Below are positions 45,234 through 55,841 of a stretch of DNA of 64,000 nucleotides, in pieces; positions within the stretch are counted from its first letter, which is position 1, and every line of letters begins with the position of its first letter. The translations under genes and the position numbers were made by a program. Under the pieces are notes generated by a model. The model ran no database searches. It had not been told where the DNA came from and saw only the letters and a program-made list of their open reading frames with translations. Source of the DNA: Bacteroidales bacterium (GTDB lineage Bacteria; Bacteroidota; Bacteroidia; Bacteroidales; ML635J-15); NCBI GenBank assembly GCA_963676165.1, contig OY781043.1:3769342-3833341 (forward strand), given 5' to 3'.

Positions 45234-46844
45234 CTAGTTATTTACAATAATTAGTCGTTTTGTTTCTGTTTCATTTGTGTCAAGATTATGAAACCGTAAA
45301 AGATAAACATTATCAGCTAAATCCGGTATCCTTATCCTGGTAAAAACTCCATCAATCTCTAATTTCTCTTTATGAACTAGCATTCCTGTTGTGGTATAAA
45401 AGTATAACCTTGTTTCTCCATTTTTCAAATAAAGCAAATTAATAGTTCCATTTGGCTTACAAATCGTTGGATAACATTGAAAGTCACTGTAAGTAACATT
45501 CATATTATCAATCTTCAATGTTTCTTGCAAAGCTGAAAACACATCAATTCTTCCATATCCATAATATTTATCAAAACCAGGTGTATCTTCAAACGCTTCA
45601 CCAATCATATCAACAGATGATTTCCTTAATACATCAAACACCTGATCTATTCTCAAATTGGGTTTGAGTGATTTCATTAAGGACACCAAACCAGCAACAT
45701 AAGGTGTTGCCATAGATGTACCAGTTTTTTCAACAATTTGATTATCAGTCCGATTATCAAGGCTTTTAATATTTGCACCAGGAGCAACCACTGTAATATG
45801 ATTGCCATAATTGCTACCATAACGTGGAAAATACCATCTGAAATCTTGCCAATTTGTTGCACCCACAGCAACAACATTATCATATCCCGCAGGGTAACTT
45901 ATATCTTCAGTATTTCCATTCCCCATTGCAGCAACCACTATTACTCCGTGATTATTAGCATATTCGATCGATTCTTTCAAAAAGATATTATCACTTGATG
46001 TACCCAGAGATAAACTAATTACATCTGCTCCATTGTCAACAGCATAATAAATAGCCTTTACTATATCAGAAATTTCACCATAATTTGATTCTGCCAAAAC
46101 CTTCAACACCATTAATTTAGATTTCCAATTTACACCGGCAATTCCAACTTCATTATTACCTGTAGCCATACAAATACCAGCACAATGTGTCCCATGACCA
46201 TTATCATCTGATGGATTATTATCATCATAAATAAAATTCCAACCATAAATGTCATCAACATACCCATTATTATCATTGTCTATCCCATCAAGAAGCTCTG
46301 CTGAATTTATCCAAATTCTATTTTGAAAATCTGGATGTTGCATGCGTAAACCTGTGTCAATAATAGCGAGCGTAATATCCTCACTACCTGTTGTTATACC
46401 CCATGCTGCTTCAATATTAATATCTGCACCGTATATAGCTCCCCAATTAGAACCATCATTATGGCAAGCCCATTGTTCAGAATAATATTCATCATTTGGA
46501 CTATTGTTTGTAGAATCAAAAAGATAGACAAAATGATTCTTTTCCACATTAATGAAAACGCCAATGGATTTTATCTTTCTTATAACATCATTAACTTGTT
46601 GCTTTGAAGTATCAATTTGAAGAACATACAATCCATTTCTAATAAATTCAAATTCTTCAACATCATAGTTCTGTTTTAACAATTCAAAATATTTTACAAT
46701 ATCATCTTTCTCTGATTTTTGCTTATCATCTAAAGGTATTTCAACCATTAATTCATTCAAAACAAAATTATCTACTTGCCCTTCTGCATTATATAATGCC
46801 ATTAACAAGAATAATATAGAAATACTTTTAAAAATTTTATTCAT
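45234..46844 (-). CDS. S8 (subtilisin) family serine peptidase with T9SS C-terminal domain
   Basis: Catalytic triad contexts AIIDTG, HGTHCAG and GTSMATP. C-terminal beta-sandwich tail ...VYLLRFHNLDTNETETKRLII. The start is moved to ATG 46844. Confidence 0.88.
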   Translation of the reverse strand: MNKIFKSISILFLLMALYNAEGQVDNFVLNELMVEIPLDDKQKSEKDDIVKYFELLKQNYDVEEFEFIRNGLYVLQIDTSKQQVNDVIRKIKSIGVFINVEKNHFVYLFDSTNNSPNDEYYSEQWACHNDGSNWGAIYGADINIEAAWGITTGSEDITLAIIDTGLRMQHPDFQNRIWINSAELLDGIDNDNNGYVDDIYGWNFIYDDNNPSDDNGHGTHCAGICMATGNNEVGIAGVNWKSKLMVLKVLAESNYGEISDIVKAIYYAVDNGADVISLSLGTSSDNIFLKESIEYANNHGVIVVAAMGNGNTEDISYPAGYDNVVAVGATNWQDFRWYFPRYGSNYGNHITVVAPGANIKSLDNRTDNQIVEKTGTSMATPYVAGLVSLMKSLKPNLRIDQVFDVLRKSSVDMIGEAFEDTPGFDKYYGYGRIDVFSALQETLKIDNMNVTYSDFQCYPTICKPNGTINLLYLKNGETRLYFYTTTGMLVHKEKLEIDGVFTRIRIPDLADNVYLLRFHNLDTNETETKRLIIVNN

Positions 46845-47086
46845 TAATCGTTTTTTAGAAGGGTCCAAGATTTATTTCAACGCTATTATTACCTATAATG
46901 TAAACACTTAATTTGTTTATAAACACACAAATATAACCATATTAATGCAAAACAAATAAGGACGAAGCATAAATTATCGATATTTAAAACCAATAATTGA
47001 TATCACATAATACTGACAACATATCGTATTTTTAATAATTTATACAAGCTTTTAATAAAGTGCTTGTTTAAACTCAAATTATTTTT

Positions 47087-47094
47087 TACATTTG
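47087..47094 (+). promoter_or_regulatory. -7 promoter box (TACATTTG) for tRNA-Leu
   Basis: TAnnTTTG match ending 13 nt before the tRNA 5' end. Confidence 0.5.
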
Positions 47095-47107
47095 CAACCT
47101 GATTTTT

Positions 47108-47191
47108 GCCCAGGTGGCGGAATTGGTAGACGCGCTGGTCTCAAACACCAGTGGTAGCAATACCGTGCCGGTTCGATCCCGGCTCTGGGTA
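47108..47191 (+). tRNA. tRNA-Leu (anticodon CAA)
   Basis: Hand-folded cloverleaf with anticodon stem CTGGT/ACCAG, loop CTCAAAC, a long variable arm (type II), and T arm GCCGG-TTCGATC-CCGGC. 84 nt, with no encoded CCA. Confidence 0.88.
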
Positions 47192-47192
47192 C

Positions 47193-47216
47193 AGCCCTCG
47201 CAAGAGGGCTTTTTTA
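47193..47216 (+). terminator. rho-independent terminator after tRNA-Leu
   Basis: Stem AGCCCTC/GAGGGCT, GCAA tetraloop, then TTTTTT. Confidence 0.8.
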
Positions 47217-47232
47217 TATAAACTAATGAGCA

Positions 47233-47679
47233 ATGAGTAAACATTCTAATCCTGAAAAACAATATCAGTTCGACAAGCATTACTTGCAAATGGCTCAGAT
47301 CTGGGCAAAAAACTCATATTGCAAACGCCGCCAGGTTGGTGCACTGATAGTTAAAGATCGCATGATTATTTCTGATGGATACAATGGCACACCTGCCGGA
47401 TTTGAAAATGAGTGCGAAAACGAAAATTATAAAACAAAAGCATACGTACTTCATGCTGAAGCAAACGCCATTACGAAAGTGGCAAAATCTGGCAACAACA
47501 GCGAAGGTGCAACACTCTATGTCACAACTTCTCCTTGTATAGAATGCTCAAAATTAATTATTCAGTCTGGTATTGTTCGAGTTGTATTTCTTGAATTGTA
47601 CTCAAAAAATGAAGGACTTGAACTTTTAAAACGTGCTGGTGTTGAAGTAGTGCACTTTAATTTAGATACTAATGAATAA
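47233..47679 (+). CDS. deoxycytidylate (dCMP) deaminase
   Basis: Zinc-binding motifs HAEANAI and PCIECSKLI. Confidence 0.9.
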   Translation: MSKHSNPEKQYQFDKHYLQMAQIWAKNSYCKRRQVGALIVKDRMIISDGYNGTPAGFENECENENYKTKAYVLHAEANAITKVAKSGNNSEGATLYVTTSPCIECSKLIIQSGIVRVVFLELYSKNEGLELLKRAGVEVVHFNLDTNE

Positions 47680-49279
47680 AAAATCTGCTTTTCTTCCACT
47701 GGTTATTGCTGTTTCTGTTGTAGCAGGAATTTTTCTTGCCAGCCTTATTTCAAATGGTAATAACCCTGTTTTTTCTGATGAACAAACTAAGTCGAATAAG
47801 CTGAATGCTATGCTCGATTTTATTTCAGAAAACTATGTGGATACTGTTTCAAAAGCAGAGATTATTGAAAATGCCATTCCAGATTTCCTTGAGCAGCTTG
47901 ATCCCCACTCAGTGTATATTCCGGCAAAAGACTTGAAAGAAATGAATGAGCCTTTGGAAGGTAGTTTCGAAGGAATTGGAATTCAGTTTAATATGAAAAA
48001 TGATACGCTTCAGGTTTTGCATATTATCTCTGGCGGACCATCTCAGAAAGCTGGTTTATTACCTGGTGATCAAATTCTTAGCGTGGACGATACTATCATT
48101 GCAGGAGTTGACATTTCAACTCAGGCAGTCATGAAAAAACTGAAAGGACCAAAAGGTAGCATTGTGAAAGTTGGGGTACTGCGTCGTGGAAACTCTGACT
48201 TGATTTATTTTGATATTGTTCGTGATAAAATCCCAATTTTTAGTGTGGATGTTGCGTATATGGCAAATGAAGATATTGGATACATTAAGATATCAAGCTT
48301 CTCACACACAACTTACAATGAATTTACCGATGCTGTGATTTCACTGAAAAAACAAGGCATGAAAAAGCTCATTTTAGATTTACGCTCAAATACCGGTGGA
48401 ATCATGGATGCAGCAACTAAAATAAGCGATGAATTTCTGCCAGAAGGTGAGATGATTGTATATACTCAAGGTAGAAAACACGGACGAATTGAAACCCATG
48501 CAACAAACCAATTGTATCGTTGCATTAATCTGGACTTGGCTGTTCTTATTGATGAATTCTCAGCCTCAGCAAGTGAAATTGTTGCAGGTGCCATTCAAGA
48601 TAATGACAGAGGTTGGATTATAGGTCGTAGATCATTCGGAAAAGGGCTCGTTCAGGAACCTGTTCAGTTTGAAGATGGATCAGCAATGCGTTTAACAATT
48701 GCCCGCTACCATACTCCTTCAGGTCGCTGTATTCAAAAAGATTATGGCAACGATTTGGAAGACTATTACAGCGATATCATGAATCGTTATGCCAATGGTG
48801 AATTCATGTCGGTCGATTCAGTGCATTTTGAAGATTCTTTGAAATATTACACGAAAAACGGACGTACTGTCTATGGTGGTGGTGGTATTATGCCAGATAT
48901 TTTTGTGCCCATTGATACAAGCATGAACGACTTGTATTTTACCATTCAAAATCGCAATTTAGTGTATGAATACGCCTTTGAATATACACGCATTCATCGC
49001 AATAAAATTGATGATTTTACATCAGCAAAACGTCTTGAAGAGTTTTTAAAACGTCAAAGAGTTTTTGATGATTTTGCAGAATTTGTACAGTCTTCTGGCG
49101 TAAATTATTCTCAAGCAGCCCTCGATGAATGTAAACCATATGTTGAAGTTCAATTGTATGCTAGCATTGCAAGAAATATTCTTAACGATGATGGTTTTTA
49201 TCCTATCATTCATCGCATTGATGATAGTTTTTTGAAAGCCGTAAAAATTCTAGAAAGCGACAAAGCAATTTTAAAATAA
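47672..49279 (+). CDS. S41 family C-terminal processing peptidase
   Basis: N-terminal TM helix, PDZ region (GGPSQKAGLLPGDQILSVDD) and catalytic region (SASASEIVAGA...RRSFGKG). Confidence 0.9.
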   Translation: MNKKSAFLPLVIAVSVVAGIFLASLISNGNNPVFSDEQTKSNKLNAMLDFISENYVDTVSKAEIIENAIPDFLEQLDPHSVYIPAKDLKEMNEPLEGSFEGIGIQFNMKNDTLQVLHIISGGPSQKAGLLPGDQILSVDDTIIAGVDISTQAVMKKLKGPKGSIVKVGVLRRGNSDLIYFDIVRDKIPIFSVDVAYMANEDIGYIKISSFSHTTYNEFTDAVISLKKQGMKKLILDLRSNTGGIMDAATKISDEFLPEGEMIVYTQGRKHGRIETHATNQLYRCINLDLAVLIDEFSASASEIVAGAIQDNDRGWIIGRRSFGKGLVQEPVQFEDGSAMRLTIARYHTPSGRCIQKDYGNDLEDYYSDIMNRYANGEFMSVDSVHFEDSLKYYTKNGRTVYGGGGIMPDIFVPIDTSMNDLYFTIQNRNLVYEYAFEYTRIHRNKIDDFTSAKRLEEFLKRQRVFDDFAEFVQSSGVNYSQAALDECKPYVEVQLYASIARNILNDDGFYPIIHRIDDSFLKAVKILESDKAILK

Positions 49280-49286
49280 CTTCAGA

Positions 49287-50087
49287 TCATTTTATTCGGA
49301 GTGCTTGCATTTCATCCAAATCACCCTCAAACACATTGAGATCCACATCTCCATCAATACCGGAAAGTTTTCCATTTTTTGTGTATTGCCAAAACAACCA
49401 GTTGTCACCAGGTTTAGTATAATTTTTGCCATTACTGTATCGTGCTAGCCACAAAGGATAACCATCAAAACGATCATCATCAGCAAGATGCGATTCATAA
49501 TATTTGTAATAAGTGTAAATTATTGGTTTCACACCGTAATGTGATTCTACTGCCTGAAGCCACTTGAGCAATCCAGTTTTTAAACTGTTCAATGATTGAA
49601 TATCTGAATAATCTTCAATATCCAGTACTGGCGGAAAATCACCTGATTCCAAATTCACATTTCGAATGAAATTTTCAGCTTGCTCAATGCTGTTTTCATC
49701 AGGACGATAGTAATGATAAGCACCACGTATTAATGATTGATTTTTTGCAGATTTCCAATTGTATGAAAAATACTTATCACGCAAATCTTTACCAGCTGTT
49801 GCACGAATAAAAACAAAATCAAGATCATGTTCTTCCTGCAACTTATTCCAGACTATAACATGCTGATATTGTGAGACGTCCAATCCAAATACCGCATAGT
49901 CATCAAGTGATTTCTTGCTTTCATTTAAACTAATTTCTGGAAAGGTTTTGTTGGAAAAAAGAGCAATCATACGATAACGAAAAGCAGGAACAGATACCAT
50001 CAACAATGCTAATAGCAGAATACTTATGCCAGCAATTGTCCAAACTTGCTTTTTACGTTTATATTTTCGACTCCTTTTTCGGCTCAT
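49287..50087 (-). CDS. GH25 family lysozyme (muramidase), membrane anchored
   Basis: Basic N-terminus plus TM helix. GH25-type FGLDVSQYQ and DFVFIRATAG motifs. Its start overlaps the asd stop (ATGA). Confidence 0.8.
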   Translation of the reverse strand: MSRKRSRKYKRKKQVWTIAGISILLLALLMVSVPAFRYRMIALFSNKTFPEISLNESKKSLDDYAVFGLDVSQYQHVIVWNKLQEEHDLDFVFIRATAGKDLRDKYFSYNWKSAKNQSLIRGAYHYYRPDENSIEQAENFIRNVNLESGDFPPVLDIEDYSDIQSLNSLKTGLLKWLQAVESHYGVKPIIYTYYKYYESHLADDDRFDGYPLWLARYSNGKNYTKPGDNWLFWQYTKNGKLSGIDGDVDLNVFEGDLDEMQALRIK

Positions 50088-51076
50088 GCAAGCAGGTTCT
50101 TTTGAATAAGATATTCAAGTATCTGTACAGCATTGGTAGCTGCTCCTTTTCTCAAATTATCAGCTACTATCCACAAATTAATTGCCTTGGGCTCTGATTC
50201 ATCCAAGCGAATCCGACCGACAAATGTTTCATCACGATTTTCAGATAAAATTGGCATAGGATACAAATTGTTGGACACATCATCTTGCACAATAAGTCCC
50301 GTAGTATGCTCTAAAATATCACGCACAGCCTCAACTTGAACGGACTTTTTGAACTCAATATTAACCGACTCTGAATGACCTCCTTTTACAGGAACCCGAA
50401 CAACTGTACCTGTCAATCGCAGATCTGGTAGTTGTAGAATTTTACGACTTTCATTCACTAATTTCATTTCTTCCGAAGTGTATCCATTGGATTCAAAATC
50501 ACCACCATGAGGCAAACAATTCATATCAATTGCATGAGGATAGGCTTCTCGGGAATGCTCTCCTCTTCGCTCAGCATCTAATTGATAAATACCTTTCATT
50601 CCACTACCAGTAACTGATTGATAAGTGGAAACGACAACACGCTCTAATTCGAACGCATTATGCAATGGACCAAGCACATGCACAAGCTGAATAGTACTAC
50701 AATTCGGATTTGCAATGATCTTATCGGCTTTCGTTAACACATCAGCATTCACCTCAGGAACAATTAAAGGAATCTTTTCATACATTCTCCATGCTGAGGA
50801 ATTATCAATAACTGTACATCCAACCTCAGCAAATTTTGGAGCCCAAAGTTTTGAAACCTTACCACCGGCAGAAAAAAGCGCCACATCGGGTTTAGAAGCA
50901 ACAGCATCCGATAAACTAATCACAGAAATCGTTTTCTTTCCATATTGTAGTTTTTTCCCCACAGAACGTTTCGATGCTGCAAAGATTATCTCATCTACTT
51001 TCACACTGCGCTCTATTAGCACATCTCGCATTTTCTGTCCAACCAGACCTGTTGCACCTACAATTGCAATTTTCAT
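50084..51076 (-). CDS. asd: aspartate-semialdehyde dehydrogenase
   Basis: NAD-binding MKIAIVGATGLVG and active-site IANPNCSTIQL. Confidence 0.95.
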   Translation of the reverse strand: MKIAIVGATGLVGQKMRDVLIERSVKVDEIIFAASKRSVGKKLQYGKKTISVISLSDAVASKPDVALFSAGGKVSKLWAPKFAEVGCTVIDNSSAWRMYEKIPLIVPEVNADVLTKADKIIANPNCSTIQLVHVLGPLHNAFELERVVVSTYQSVTGSGMKGIYQLDAERRGEHSREAYPHAIDMNCLPHGGDFESNGYTSEEMKLVNESRKILQLPDLRLTGTVVRVPVKGGHSESVNIEFKKSVQVEAVRDILEHTTGLIVQDDVSNNLYPMPILSENRDETFVGRIRLDESEPKAINLWIVADNLRKGAATNAVQILEYLIQKNLLA

Positions 51077-51263
51077 GTTTTATCACTTAAATTTCGACTA
51101 AAAATAAGGATTTTTTCCGAGCTGTTAGGAATTCTATTGTGAATTAAGTGAATTCAAAGCGTTGCATCTTACAAAAATTCTAGAAAACTTTACTCAACTA
51201 ATTCTGCATTACGCCACAATTTTTGTTAATTTTCGGAATTATTGTTTGACAAAATCTTTACCA

Positions 51264-54200
51264 ATGAGATATTTAATTAGTTTTCTTTTTGTTTTCATGA
51301 GCATTTTCACCCTTGCTCAATTCGCTGATGACTTTACGGATGGTGATTTTACAAGCAATCCGGAATGGGTTGGTGAAACGGAAAAATATGCTGTTAGTGC
51401 ATCCAATGAACTACAGCTTTATGACGAAACTCAAAGTGGATCGGCTTATTTATCCACAGCTTCAGAAGCTATCAACAATGCTGTTTGGGAATTTGTGTGG
51501 AAATACGAATTCAACCCATCATCTTCCAATTACACTGATGTGTATCTAGTTTCCAACCTTTCTGATTTAAGCGGTGATATCAATGGATATTTTGTACGAA
51601 TTGGTAACACTTCGGATGAAATCAGTTTGTATCAACAATCCGGTGGAACAAAAACAAAAATCATTGATGGTGTAGATGGTCGATTGGATGATGAACCGAT
51701 TAATGTGAAAGTACGTGTCACCCGCGATGATCTTGGTAACTGGACATTGGCATCAGACACATTGGGTGGAAGCGATTTTTTTATGGAAGGAAATGTATTT
51801 GACGATACACATATTTCAAGTTTTTTCTTTGGGGTTAAATCTGTGTTTAGTTCAACTCGTTGGGACAAAATGTTTTTCGATAATTTTATTGTCACTGGAG
51901 ATGCCTTTGTGGATGATATTGCTCCAGAATTTCTTGGATATAGCATTGTCAATAATACCGCATTGCAGTTGAATTTTTCTGAACCAATGGATGCAACAAC
52001 CGCGTTGGATCCGCTACATTACCAAGTTAGTGGAGGCTTAACAAATCCTGACAATGTGAGTTTTTCAGATGCTTCAAACACTGCGGTTATCTTGAGTTTT
52101 AATACAGAATTTACTCCAAATCAAGCCTATAATGTCTATTTTCAAGATATCACAGATGTTGCCGGAAATCCGGTTGCCGATGGAAATTTTTCCTTTGCTA
52201 TCATTGTAGTTGAACCTGATGATATTATCATAAATGAACTTATGGCAGACCCTTCACCTGTTGTTAATTTGCCAGAGAACGAATATCTGGAGTTTTTTAA
52301 CAGAAGAGACTTACCCATAAATTTACAAAATTGGAAATTGATAATAGGAACTAGTGAATATACTTTTCCAGCAACAACAATTGAGGCTAATGGCTATTTA
52401 ATTGTCTGCGATAGTGACATGTTATCAGAGTTCTCAGCTTATGGAGATGCAATTGGGATGAATTTCTCATCATACTGGCTGTCAAATGGCGGTACTAAAG
52501 TTGAATTATATGATGCAGAAGATAGTCTTATTACGACTGTCACTTATACGGATGATTGGTATCAAAATGCTGACAAAGACGATGGTGGATGGAGTATAGA
52601 ACGCATTGACCCAAACAACACTTGCAGCGGAATGAGCAATTGGAAAGCTAGTGAAAATCCGAACGGTGGAACACCCGGAACACTCAATTCAATTTATGCT
52701 GAAAACATTGACAATCAGGCTCCTGAAATTCTTTCTTGGGAATTAAGCAGTGGAAATGAAATCACTCTATTTTTCAGTGAAATACCTGATAACAGTTTGT
52801 TTGAATATTCCAATTTCAACTTAACTCCAGATTATGGTCAACCCATACTCATCAGTCAAGATGAGGATGATTCAAGAACTGTTCACCTTCAGTTTGTGGC
52901 ATCCTTTGTTGAAGATGTATTTTATACTCTCAGCATTCAAAATATCTCTGATATGTGCGGAAATGTCATGCCTGATACAAGTTTCAGTTTTATTAATTAT
53001 ATCGCCGGAAATTTTGATTTGTTAATAACTGAAATCATGGCAGATCCAAGTCCTCAAGTTTATCTTCCCGATGCAGAATATGTAGAGTTGTACAATGCCT
53101 CAAATTATCCGATTAACCTTTCAGGATTTGTCTTTTCACAAGGCGGAACAGAAGTAGTTTTACCAGCAGCAGAGATTCCTGCCAACAGTTTTGTATGCTT
53201 TACCGATGAAGATGATGTGATTGAGTTTAATGGCATCCCGAATGTTATTCCTGTTGATGGTTTTCCAAGTCTTACCAATGCTGATGGAGAATTGAAACTT
53301 GTGAGCCCTGAAGGAGTGCTTATTCATTTTGTAAACTACTCCGAAACGTGGTATGAAAGTGCTGTTAAAATGGAAGGCGGATGGTCATTGGAAATGATTG
53401 ACCGTGACAATCCTTGTGGTGAAGCAGAAAACTGGGCAGAATCTATATCGGAAAACGGAGGTACTCCAGGAGAAATTAACTCTGTAAACGGAACTGTTAA
53501 CGACCAAAGCTCGCCCGAAATTCTGCGTGCAATCGTAGGTGCTCCAGACACCTTAAATGTGTATTTCTCGGAGACTTTACACCCTGCATATATTCCAAAT
53601 CCATCAGAATTTTCAGTGGACAATGGCATCGGCACCGCTTTATCTGCCATCCGATTTGAAAATCGACAAGATGCCATCCAACTTGTATTCCCTAATGCTT
53701 TTGAAGCGCAAACCATTTACACTTTACAAATGACAGATACCCTTGAGGATTGTGTGGGTAATCGTGTTCCTGAAACCTTAACAAGTGTATTTGCTTTACC
53801 AGACACTCTGGAAACTCAAGATATTGTAATTAATGAAGTTTTGTTCAATCCTCTAGCAGGAGGATACGATTTTGTCGAGATTTACAATCGATCTGATAAA
53901 TACATTAACCTTGCAGATTTACGTATTGCAACACGAGACGATTCACTTCAAATTGATAACATGAATGTCATCACAGAAACCGGATTTATGATTTTCCCTG
54001 GCGACCATGTCGTACTTTCAGAGAACATTGCATCCGTTTACAGGGATTATTATTGTCAAAATCCACAGTTATTGCTTGAAGTGGAGGATTTACCATCATA
54101 CACAAATACTTCAGGTCGTGTTGTAATCTGTAAACGAAATTTGGAAGTGATTGATGAAATGTATTATCACGAGGATTACCACTTTGATTTGCTCAAAGAA

Positions 54201-54656
54201 GTCAAAGGTGTTTCTCTTGAACGCATAGACTACAATCAGCCTGCTGCAGATGAAAACAATTGGCATTCTGCTGCCGAATCTGCAGGTTTTGGAACACCAA
54301 CTTATCAAAACTCACAATATCGCGAATACGGAGAATACAATACAAGCTTTGAATTGAGTCCGGAAAGCATTAGTCCGGACAATGACGGGTATCAGGATTA
54401 TCTTAACATCAGTTACAGCATGGAGCAATCTGGTTATGTTATGACCATCACAATTTACGATGCTGCTGGTCACCTGATTCGCAATTTAACAGAAAATGAA
54501 TTACTGGCTGCAGAAGGAATCATTCAATGGGATGGTTTGGACGAGAACGGACAACATCCAGGTGCTGGAATTTATATAGTTCTTTTGGATTATTTTGATT
54601 TGCAAGGAAATAGAAAACAAGAAAAACATACTTGTGTGATTGCTGTTATGCATTAA
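51264..54656 (+). CDS. giant multi-LTD (lamin tail domain) surface protein with gliding/T9SS type-B-like C-terminal domain
   Basis: Three strong LTD cores (INELMADPSP...EYLEFFN, ITEIMADPSP...EYVELYN, INEVLFNP...DFVEIYN). C-terminal SPDNDGYQDYLNISY...IYDAAGHLI domain. The start is moved to ATG 51264 (MRYLISFLFVF). Confidence 0.75.
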   Translation: MRYLISFLFVFMSIFTLAQFADDFTDGDFTSNPEWVGETEKYAVSASNELQLYDETQSGSAYLSTASEAINNAVWEFVWKYEFNPSSSNYTDVYLVSNLSDLSGDINGYFVRIGNTSDEISLYQQSGGTKTKIIDGVDGRLDDEPINVKVRVTRDDLGNWTLASDTLGGSDFFMEGNVFDDTHISSFFFGVKSVFSSTRWDKMFFDNFIVTGDAFVDDIAPEFLGYSIVNNTALQLNFSEPMDATTALDPLHYQVSGGLTNPDNVSFSDASNTAVILSFNTEFTPNQAYNVYFQDITDVAGNPVADGNFSFAIIVVEPDDIIINELMADPSPVVNLPENEYLEFFNRRDLPINLQNWKLIIGTSEYTFPATTIEANGYLIVCDSDMLSEFSAYGDAIGMNFSSYWLSNGGTKVELYDAEDSLITTVTYTDDWYQNADKDDGGWSIERIDPNNTCSGMSNWKASENPNGGTPGTLNSIYAENIDNQAPEILSWELSSGNEITLFFSEIPDNSLFEYSNFNLTPDYGQPILISQDEDDSRTVHLQFVASFVEDVFYTLSIQNISDMCGNVMPDTSFSFINYIAGNFDLLITEIMADPSPQVYLPDAEYVELYNASNYPINLSGFVFSQGGTEVVLPAAEIPANSFVCFTDEDDVIEFNGIPNVIPVDGFPSLTNADGELKLVSPEGVLIHFVNYSETWYESAVKMEGGWSLEMIDRDNPCGEAENWAESISENGGTPGEINSVNGTVNDQSSPEILRAIVGAPDTLNVYFSETLHPAYIPNPSEFSVDNGIGTALSAIRFENRQDAIQLVFPNAFEAQTIYTLQMTDTLEDCVGNRVPETLTSVFALPDTLETQDIVINEVLFNPLAGGYDFVEIYNRSDKYINLADLRIATRDDSLQIDNMNVITETGFMIFPGDHVVLSENIASVYRDYYCQNPQLLLEVEDLPSYTNTSGRVVICKRNLEVIDEMYYHEDYHFDLLKEVKGVSLERIDYNQPAADENNWHSAAESAGFGTPTYQNSQYREYGEYNTSFELSPESISPDNDGYQDYLNISYSMEQSGYVMTITIYDAAGHLIRNLTENELLAAEGIIQWDGLDENGQHPGAGIYIVLLDYFDLQGNRKQEKHTCVIAVMH

Positions 54657-54698
54657 TTAGCATGGTATAGAATTTGTTAAACTAGGGAAAAACGTGTT

Positions 54699-55841
54699 AT
54701 GAAAAAAGGAATTGTATTAGGATTGATATTGAGTATTAGCTTGTTTGCTACAGCTCAAATTCAACGTATAAAGGCTCCTGTACCTCAAGATGAATTTGAA
54801 ACATTTTTGGAAAAATTTCAAATGACATCCACACAGACTAAACGGATAGAGTATGCAATGGCATTAGCCAATAGCAAGTATTTCACATGTCGTCAGATTA
54901 AAGAGGTCTCTGACATGTTACCAAACGACGAATTAAAACTTCAATTTAGCTTAAAAGCTTACGAACGAGCAGTGAATCCATCTGATTACTATGTGATTAT
55001 GGATAGTTTTGAAATGATGAGTACTGCCTTTAAATTTCACGATGCCAAAAAGGTAAATTCCAAACCTGAAATGGAAGTTATGGAGGTTAAACCAGTTGAA
55101 GAACCAGAAAAACCAGCAAATCTCTTTCCATACAATTTGCCTGATGCATCAAATTATACTGGCAGAACACAGTCCAATTGCAAACAGCCAATCAGTGAAT
55201 CTCAATTTAAATTATTAGCCGATCAGGTGCGCAATGTGAAAAGTCCAGCTGGAAAATATAACAACTCCATAACCATTGTTGAAAAGTACTGTCTAAGTGT
55301 TGCCCAATTAATGAAATTGGCTTATTTCATTGAAGACGAAAAAGTACAATATGACTTATTTGTTAACGCCTACTCCCACATCTATGATACGGATAACTAT
55401 ATGGCAGTAAGACAAATGCTTGAAACTCCATATTACAGTCAAAAAATTATGGAATTGTATGGGAAAAACAAAACAGAAAAACCTCAAGTCATAGATCCTA
55501 GTCACAAAGTGGAAGCCAAACCGAATGTTATTGAACGCACTGGTGGTGATTGCTTTGTAGAAACCCGTGAACTAGAGGAAATTCTTGCCGTACTTAAAGA
55601 AGAGAGCTTTGAAAGCTCAAGAGTAAGTACTGCCCAACAAATTATCAAGCGCAAAAAGTGCTTCAAAACAGAACAAATTATTCGTATTTTACAATGCTTC
55701 AGCTATGAAAGCTCCAAGCAAGATATGGCAAAGTTTGCTTTCCCATACGTTACTGACAAAACCAACTATTACAAAATAAAAGATGTGTTTGAATTTGACT
55801 CTAGCAAATCAGATTTGGATGATTTTTTAGAAAAACAATGA
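54699..55841 (+). CDS. secreted protein with internally repeated domain (DUF4476-like)
   Basis: Signal peptide. N- and C-terminal halves share a pattern (...KCFKTEQIIRILQCFSYESSKQDMAKFAFPYV versus ...KYFTCRQIKEVSDMLPNDELKLQFSLKAYERAV). Confidence 0.5.
   Translation: MKKGIVLGLILSISLFATAQIQRIKAPVPQDEFETFLEKFQMTSTQTKRIEYAMALANSKYFTCRQIKEVSDMLPNDELKLQFSLKAYERAVNPSDYYVIMDSFEMMSTAFKFHDAKKVNSKPEMEVMEVKPVEEPEKPANLFPYNLPDASNYTGRTQSNCKQPISESQFKLLADQVRNVKSPAGKYNNSITIVEKYCLSVAQLMKLAYFIEDEKVQYDLFVNAYSHIYDTDNYMAVRQMLETPYYSQKIMELYGKNKTEKPQVIDPSHKVEAKPNVIERTGGDCFVETRELEEILAVLKEESFESSRVSTAQQIIKRKKCFKTEQIIRILQCFSYESSKQDMAKFAFPYVTDKTNYYKIKDVFEFDSSKSDLDDFLEKQ

Noticed and set aside
47086-47289. 67-aa minus-strand ORF.
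   Set aside because: It lies antisense across tRNA-Leu, its terminator and the start of the dCMP deaminase gene, so it is an ORF-caller artefact.
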